Assembly (NCBI GenBank): GCA_030695305.1
Contig: JAUYTB010000119.1
Location: 1 to 44,798, forward strand
Source: Bacteroidales bacterium
GTDB lineage: Bacteria; Bacteroidota; Bacteroidia; Bacteroidales; UBA932
DNA length: 44,798 nt
Direction: 5' to 3'
Under the pieces are notes generated by a model, which worked only from the letters and a program-made list of their open reading frames with translations, made no database searches and was not told the DNA's origin. Positions within the stretch are counted from its first letter, which is position 1. Each line of letters starts with the position of its first letter. A program made the position numbers and the translations under genes. Below, one piece after another: positions 40,184 to 44,798 of the stretch.

Positions 40184-40753
40184 TTAAGATTTGCAACGCT
40201 CGGAGTAACTTCTGGTCCTGGTATCAACTTTGATCCTCTCTCCCTGATTAATAAAGAGTGGAACCATAACCTCTGCTCCTGTCTCCACCGTTGCTGCTTT
40301 CATTGCGTTGGTAGAGGCGGTATCTCCCTTTACAGCGGGCTCTGTGTAGGTGATCTCCATCTCAACAAAAGGAGGCAGTTCGCAAGTAAGGACTCTCTCC
40401 ACATCTGCCAGAAACATCATCTCCACATACTGGCCCTCTTTCATAAGATCTACATTGTCAATCATATCAGGGTTTATACTCACCTGCTCAAAGGTTTCGT
40501 TGTGCATAAAATTGCACCCCATATCATCTTTGTAAAGGAACTGGTATGGCCTTCTCTCCACATTAATAATCTCGATTTTTTCACCGGCGTTGTAGGTGTT
40601 TTCAAGAATCTTTCCATTCTCCAGATTTCTCATCTTTACCTTAACAAATGCGCCCCCTTTGCCTGGTTTAACGTGCTGAAACCAAATAATAGAACATGGT
40701 TTACCATTGAAGTCGATACAGAGTCCGTTTTTAAAATCAGATGTATTTGCCAT
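40184..40753 (-). CDS. efp: Elongation factor P
   Basis: HVKPGKGGAFV, KGDTA, VPLFINQGE; start ATG 40753 (MANTSDFKNG); -7 box TATCTTTG at 40782-40775. Confidence 0.96.
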   Translation of the reverse strand: MANTSDFKNGLCIDFNGKPCSIIWFQHVKPGKGGAFVKVKMRNLENGKILENTYNAGEKIEIINVERRPYQFLYKDDMGCNFMHNETFEQVSINPDMIDNVDLMKEGQYVEMMFLADVERVLTCELPPFVEMEITYTEPAVKGDTASTNAMKAATVETGAEVMVPLFINQGERIKVDTRTRSYSERCKS

Positions 40754-40802
40754 AGAATTTTTTTTAATTTGTTGCAAAGATAGAATAAATGGAGAATATT
40801 TT

Positions 40803-40833
40803 TTTGTAAAAATCAAAAATAGTGCTACTTTTG
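40803..40833 (+). promoter_or_regulatory. Housekeeping promoter for tRNA-Phe
   Basis: TTTG (40803-40806), 19-nt spacer, TACTTTTG (40826-40833). Confidence 0.75.
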
Positions 40834-40849
40834 CACTCCCAAACCAAAT

Positions 40850-40922
40850 GGTGCCATAGCTCAGTTGGTAGAGCAAAGGACTGAAAATCCTTGTGTCCCC
40901 GGTTCGATTCCTGGTGGCACCA
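40850..40922 (+). tRNA. tRNA-Phe (GAA), CCA not encoded
   Basis: GGTGCCA acceptor stem pairs with TGGCACC, D-arm GCTCAGTTGGTAGAGC, anticodon loop CTGAAAA, GGTTCGATTCC T-arm. Confidence 0.97.
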
Positions 40923-40945
40923 CTCCTAAAAGAGATGAATTTGGT

Positions 40946-40981
40946 AAAATCCCTGAAATAATATGTTTCAGGGATTTTTTT
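40946..40981 (+). terminator. Intrinsic terminator after tRNA-Phe
   Basis: AAAATCCCTGAAA...TTTCAGGGATTTT followed by a T-run. Confidence 0.8.
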
Positions 40982-41029
40982 ATGCAGCGAAAATATACCA
41001 AAATGCATCTTATAGTAAAGTTATAAATC

Positions 41030-41485
41030 ATGAAAATAAACTATTTAAAAGTTTCTGCCTGGATCATGAGTGGTCTATTGACTCTGATTGGCTTCTCATC
41101 TTGTGATAAAATTGAACCGAGATGTGAATATGGTACTCCTCATGCAAAATATACTGTAAAAGGGCGTGTTACAAATGAGCAGGGTGTTGCAATTCCCGGC
41201 ATTCAGATTGTAATTGAGAGAAGTGGAAATCATCTAAGCAGCAGGATTGACTTTGCAAATCAGATATCGGGAAGTAACGGAGAGTTTGCAAAGAGTTTTG
41301 AATTTGTTATGCCGGAAGATCAAAATTTTACTCTAAATTTCTCCGATATTGACGGCCCGGCAAACGGAGTGTATAAGGCAAAAACACAAAGCTTTAAAAT
41401 TCTGCAAAACGAGTTGAAGGGTGGAGACAAAAGGTGGTATTCCGGAGAGGCAGTTAAAGAGATTGTAGTTAAACTGGAAGAGTAG
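41030..41485 (+). CDS. Radical SAM-associated putative lipoprotein (TIGR04134-like)
   Basis: Lipobox FSSC followed by RCEYGTPHAKY; DIDGPANG; directly upstream of the rSAM gene. Confidence 0.8.
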   Translation: MKINYLKVSAWIMSGLLTLIGFSSCDKIEPRCEYGTPHAKYTVKGRVTNEQGVAIPGIQIVIERSGNHLSSRIDFANQISGSNGEFAKSFEFVMPEDQNFTLNFSDIDGPANGVYKAKTQSFKILQNELKGGDKRWYSGEAVKEIVVKLEE

Positions 41486-41487
41486 TG

Positions 41488-42579
41488 ATGTCTCATTTAA
41501 AGAGCGATCACATTGGCTGGAGAAAACGGGCAGCCCTGGAGATCTTTAGATTGCAGAGAGAAACTCTTGTGAAAAATCATCCGCTTAAGGCGCTTTTTTG
41601 GGAGTGCACCCTCAGGTGTAATCTTAATTGTATCCATTGCGGCAGTGACTGCAAAAAAGTGGCTGCAAAATCTGAGATGCCTGTTGCAGATTTTTTAAAG
41701 GTGGCACAAGAGATAAGAGAGTCTGTTAATCCAAACAATGTATTGATAATCTTTACCGGAGGCGAGGCGCTAATTAGAGAGGATATAGATAGCTGTGGAT
41801 TAGAGCTTTACAAGATGGGTTTCCCATGGGGAGTTGTTACAAATGGAATGTTGCTGGACCAAAAGAGGCTAAATTCGCTTATGGAGTCCGGGATACACAC
41901 TCTAACTGTCAGTCTTGATGGTTTTGAACCGGAACACAATAAAATGAGGGGAGATATCAGAAGCTTTGCAAATGCAGAGAGAGCAGTTAAACTCCTTTGC
42001 CATCCGGAAGTTTCAAGTGAGATTTTATGGGATGTGGTAACCTGCGTCACTCCAATGAATATTAATTACCTAGACAGTTTCAAAGAGTATCTTATCTCTA
42101 TGGGAGTCAAAAGATGGAGACTCTTTACCGTTTTTCCGGTAGGCAGGGCAGCAAACGATAAGAGAGTCAAGCTTGAGTCTGCAGATTTTAGAACCCTTAT
42201 GGACTTTATAGCTCAAACAAGAGTAGAGGGGAGGATAGAGTGCTCATATGGGTGTGAAGGTTTTCTGGGAGGATATGAGGCAGAGGTGAGGGATAACTTC
42301 TATATGTGCAACGCCGGTGTTACAGTCTCCGGAATACTCTCCGACGGCTCAATAGGGGCATGCCCAAGCATAAGAGCGGAGTTAAGCCAGGGAAACATCT
42401 ATAAAGACTCCTTTATGGATGTGTGGAATAACAGATATGAGAAATTCCGCAACAGAGAGTGGGCAAAAAAGGGAGTATGCGAAAAATGCGCTCATTTCAG
42501 ATATTGCCAGGGAAACGGGATGCACCTTAGAGATAATGACGACAATCTTCTCTTTTGTCACCTGCACAGACTCAGTTGA
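41488..42579 (+). CDS. Radical SAM/SPASM protein (TIGR04133-like, lipoprotein-associated)
   Basis: WECTLRCNLNCIHCGS (CxxxCxxC), TGGE, SPASM CNAG...GACP...CEKC...CQGNG...C; alternative GTG start at 41485. Confidence 0.88.
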   Translation: MSHLKSDHIGWRKRAALEIFRLQRETLVKNHPLKALFWECTLRCNLNCIHCGSDCKKVAAKSEMPVADFLKVAQEIRESVNPNNVLIIFTGGEALIREDIDSCGLELYKMGFPWGVVTNGMLLDQKRLNSLMESGIHTLTVSLDGFEPEHNKMRGDIRSFANAERAVKLLCHPEVSSEILWDVVTCVTPMNINYLDSFKEYLISMGVKRWRLFTVFPVGRAANDKRVKLESADFRTLMDFIAQTRVEGRIECSYGCEGFLGGYEAEVRDNFYMCNAGVTVSGILSDGSIGACPSIRAELSQGNIYKDSFMDVWNNRYEKFRNREWAKKGVCEKCAHFRYCQGNGMHLRDNDDNLLFCHLHRLS

Positions 42580-42636
42580 ATTTGGTAAATCCCTTAATTT
42601 GGGATATTAGGCGAATCATCTCATTTTAGTATAATT

Positions 42637-42665
42637 AAAAAAGGCCGGACACAACTCCGGCCTTT
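42637..42665 (-). terminator. Intrinsic terminator downstream of dsbD
   Basis: AAAGGCCGGA/TCCGGCCTTT stem, with a T6 run on the minus strand. Confidence 0.75.
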
Positions 42666-42768
42666 CCCACCTAACCATTAACCATTAACTTAACTCACAA
42701 ATCCATCGCCTCAAGAATCTCTCACCTCTGCCACTCAAAAAATTCGGTAACAATCACAAAACCAAATT

Positions 42769-44798
42769 TTATCTCTTATAATTTGCTGCCCCCTCCTCAA
42801 GAAATTTAATAAATAGATTAACATCAAGATTATAACCTCTTGGTTTAACCAGATGCTCCTCGGTTTCAGGGTCAATTATTGCATAGTACGGTTGAGCATT
42901 AACTCCATATTTAGTCATTGCAAGATGTGAATTAATCTTACCAATACTCTTTATTACTCTTCCACTCTCGGTAGTTATCCAATCCTCTTCATCTGCCTCC
43001 TTCTTATCATCTGCATACAGAGCCAGAATTACAAACTTTTCTCTTAAAAGCTTAAGTACTCTTGGATCTGACCACACTCTGGACTCCATTTCACGGCAAT
43101 TAACACATCCGTGCCCTGTAAAGTCAACGAAAACGGGTTTGCCTACCCTTTTTGCATACTCAATACCTTCTGAGTATTGATAGATTCCTGCAAGATTGTG
43201 AGGTAATTTGAGGAAGTCACTATATTTTGGCTTAAAATCCAATCCACCGGTAACTCCACCGGTACCAGACCCGGTATTGATACTGATTGTTTTAAGATCT
43301 TCAAATTGTGCTGTTTTAAAATCCTGAGTTGCAATAGGAGGCAGATATCCCGATAGTGCCTTTAGAGGTGCACCCCACATTCCGGGAATCATATATACCA
43401 CAAAAGTGAATGTTATAATTGAGAAAGTCAATCTTTTAACAGTTATATGCTGCTCCGGAGTATCATGAGCAAACCTTAACTTACCCAAAAGATAGAATCC
43501 CATCAGCGTAAAAGTTACAATCCATATAGCAAGATAAACCTCTCTGTCCAGAAGACCCCAGTGATAAGTCTGATCGGCAACACTAAGGAATTTGAATCCT
43601 AATGCCACCTCAATAAATCCAAGAACCACCTTAACAGAATTTAGCCAACCTCCCGATTTTGGAAGATCTTTTAGCAGAGATGGAGCAAATGCAAATATTG
43701 TAAAAGGTATTGCAAATGCTGCCGAGAATGCAAACATTGTGATTATAGGTTCCCAAATCTCACCCTGTGTAGATTTAATCAAGATTGTTCCAACGATAGG
43801 ACCTGTACAGGAGAATGATACCAAAACAAGAGTCAGAGCCATAAAGAAGACCCCTATATAGCCCCCCTTATCAGATTTTGAGTCGGTTTTGTTAACAAGC
43901 CAGCTTGGAAGAACTATCTCAAATGCACCAAAAAATGATGCGGCAAAAACCATAAAGATTAAGAAGAAGAGAACATTAGGAAACCAATGAGTTGCAAGCC
44001 AATTAAATATATCTGCAGTAACAGCTTCACCTCCGGCAAAATATGTTATCAATATTATAGCAGCAATAGGGAGAGTATATAGAAGAATTATTGAAGCTCC
44101 AAAAAAAGATGCCATAACCCTTCCGTTTGCAGATTTTCTCTTTGCTGCTTTAGGGTCGTTTGATTCACTGTTTGCATTTGAGTGGCTGTTCTTGAGAAAA
44201 AAGGAGACAGTCATTGGAACCATAGGAAAAACACACGGTGTAAGCAATGCAACAAAACCCCAGATTATTGCCTCAATTACTACCCCCCATATAGATTTGT
44301 GAGGTGGCTTCTCAGTCGGTTCGGAGATCAGTTCAACCGATGATGAGGCAGACTCTTCAACTGCTACCTCTATGTTATCTTGTTCAGTTGCTAGTGTGTC
44401 CGCAATTACCAGTTGCTCCTCTTTTATCTCCGTTGTGGCCTGTTTGCTCTCTGGTTTTGCAGATGCAGGAGTAGATGCAGATGTAACGGGAGCAGTTACT
44501 GCTTTTTTACCTATTCCGGGCAATTTGATTTTAAACTCTTTATCTGTTGGAGGTAGGCATGACTGGTTATCACACGCCTGCCACTCGATAATAGCAATTA
44601 TTGTTACCGAATCTGCAGATGTAACCCTTATTTTCTGCGCAACTATAACACTCTCTTCGCAAATACCAATCTCCATCCCAAACATTTCATCAAATTTCTT
44701 CTTTGACTTGGTTAGAAGATAAGGTTTGCCAATAAGCTCTGTCCCTTTAGTGTTCTCAAATACCAAAGATGTTGGAGTAGGGCCGTCTACATAAGGTC
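42769..44798 (-). CDS. dsbD: Thiol:disulfide interchange protein DsbD (5' end outside the window)
   Basis: QACDNQSCLPP, TPCVFPM, SCTGP, PKSGGWL, thioredoxin CVNC; frame open to the window edge. Confidence 0.9.
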   Translation of the reverse strand, partial: PYVDGPTPTSLVFENTKGTELIGKPYLLTKSKKKFDEMFGMEIGICEESVIVAQKIRVTSADSVTIIAIIEWQACDNQSCLPPTDKEFKIKLPGIGKKAVTAPVTSASTPASAKPESKQATTEIKEEQLVIADTLATEQDNIEVAVEESASSSVELISEPTEKPPHKSIWGVVIEAIIWGFVALLTPCVFPMVPMTVSFFLKNSHSNANSESNDPKAAKRKSANGRVMASFFGASIILLYTLPIAAIILITYFAGGEAVTADIFNWLATHWFPNVLFFLIFMVFAASFFGAFEIVLPSWLVNKTDSKSDKGGYIGVFFMALTLVLVSFSCTGPIVGTILIKSTQGEIWEPIITMFAFSAAFAIPFTIFAFAPSLLKDLPKSGGWLNSVKVVLGFIEVALGFKFLSVADQTYHWGLLDREVYLAIWIVTFTLMGFYLLGKLRFAHDTPEQHITVKRLTFSIITFTFVVYMIPGMWGAPLKALSGYLPPIATQDFKTAQFEDLKTISINTGSGTGGVTGGLDFKPKYSDFLKLPHNLAGIYQYSEGIEYAKRVGKPVFVDFTGHGCVNCREMESRVWSDPRVLKLLREKFVILALYADDKKEADEEDWITTESGRVIKSIGKINSHLAMTKYGVNAQPYYAIIDPETEEHLVKPRGYNLDVNLFIKFLEEGAANYKR

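Noticed and set aside
40160-40783. 207-aa His/Cys-rich plus-strand ORF
   Set aside because: Antisense to efp; shadow ORF.
40754-41008. 85-aa N-terminal extension of EF-P
   Set aside because: Runs antisense through tRNA-Phe and its promoter; efp has its own -7 box before ATG 40753.
42672-42695. Short TAACCAT/TAACT repeats
   Set aside because: Low-complexity, too short to support a function.

Overview
Chromosomal segment of an anaerobic Bacteroidales bacterium (TAnnTTTG promoters, SusC/SusD, mutAB). From left to right it holds: a decaying minus-strand signalling operon (internally deleted PocR-domain gene, CheR, 4HB-HAMP-GAF hybrid kinase, REC-PAS kinase with an in-frame TGA); a perfect 29-bp REP-like palindrome; two small stress-type genes; a metY-metX-thrA/metL-asd-parE run; an ars operon; methylmalonyl-CoA mutase; lptB and dnaX; an ECF sigma/FecR/SusC/SusD locus with amidohydrolases but no CAZymes; efp and tRNA-Phe; a lipoprotein/radical SAM-SPASM pair flanked by a direct repeat; and dsbD. 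The standout signal is an unannotated 37-aa Met-rich leader ORF (14861-14974, minus strand) between the promoter and metY. Its Met-codon tract is complementary to the metY translation-initiation region, suggesting ribosome-mediated methionine attenuation. All product calls are from motif recognition, not database searches.
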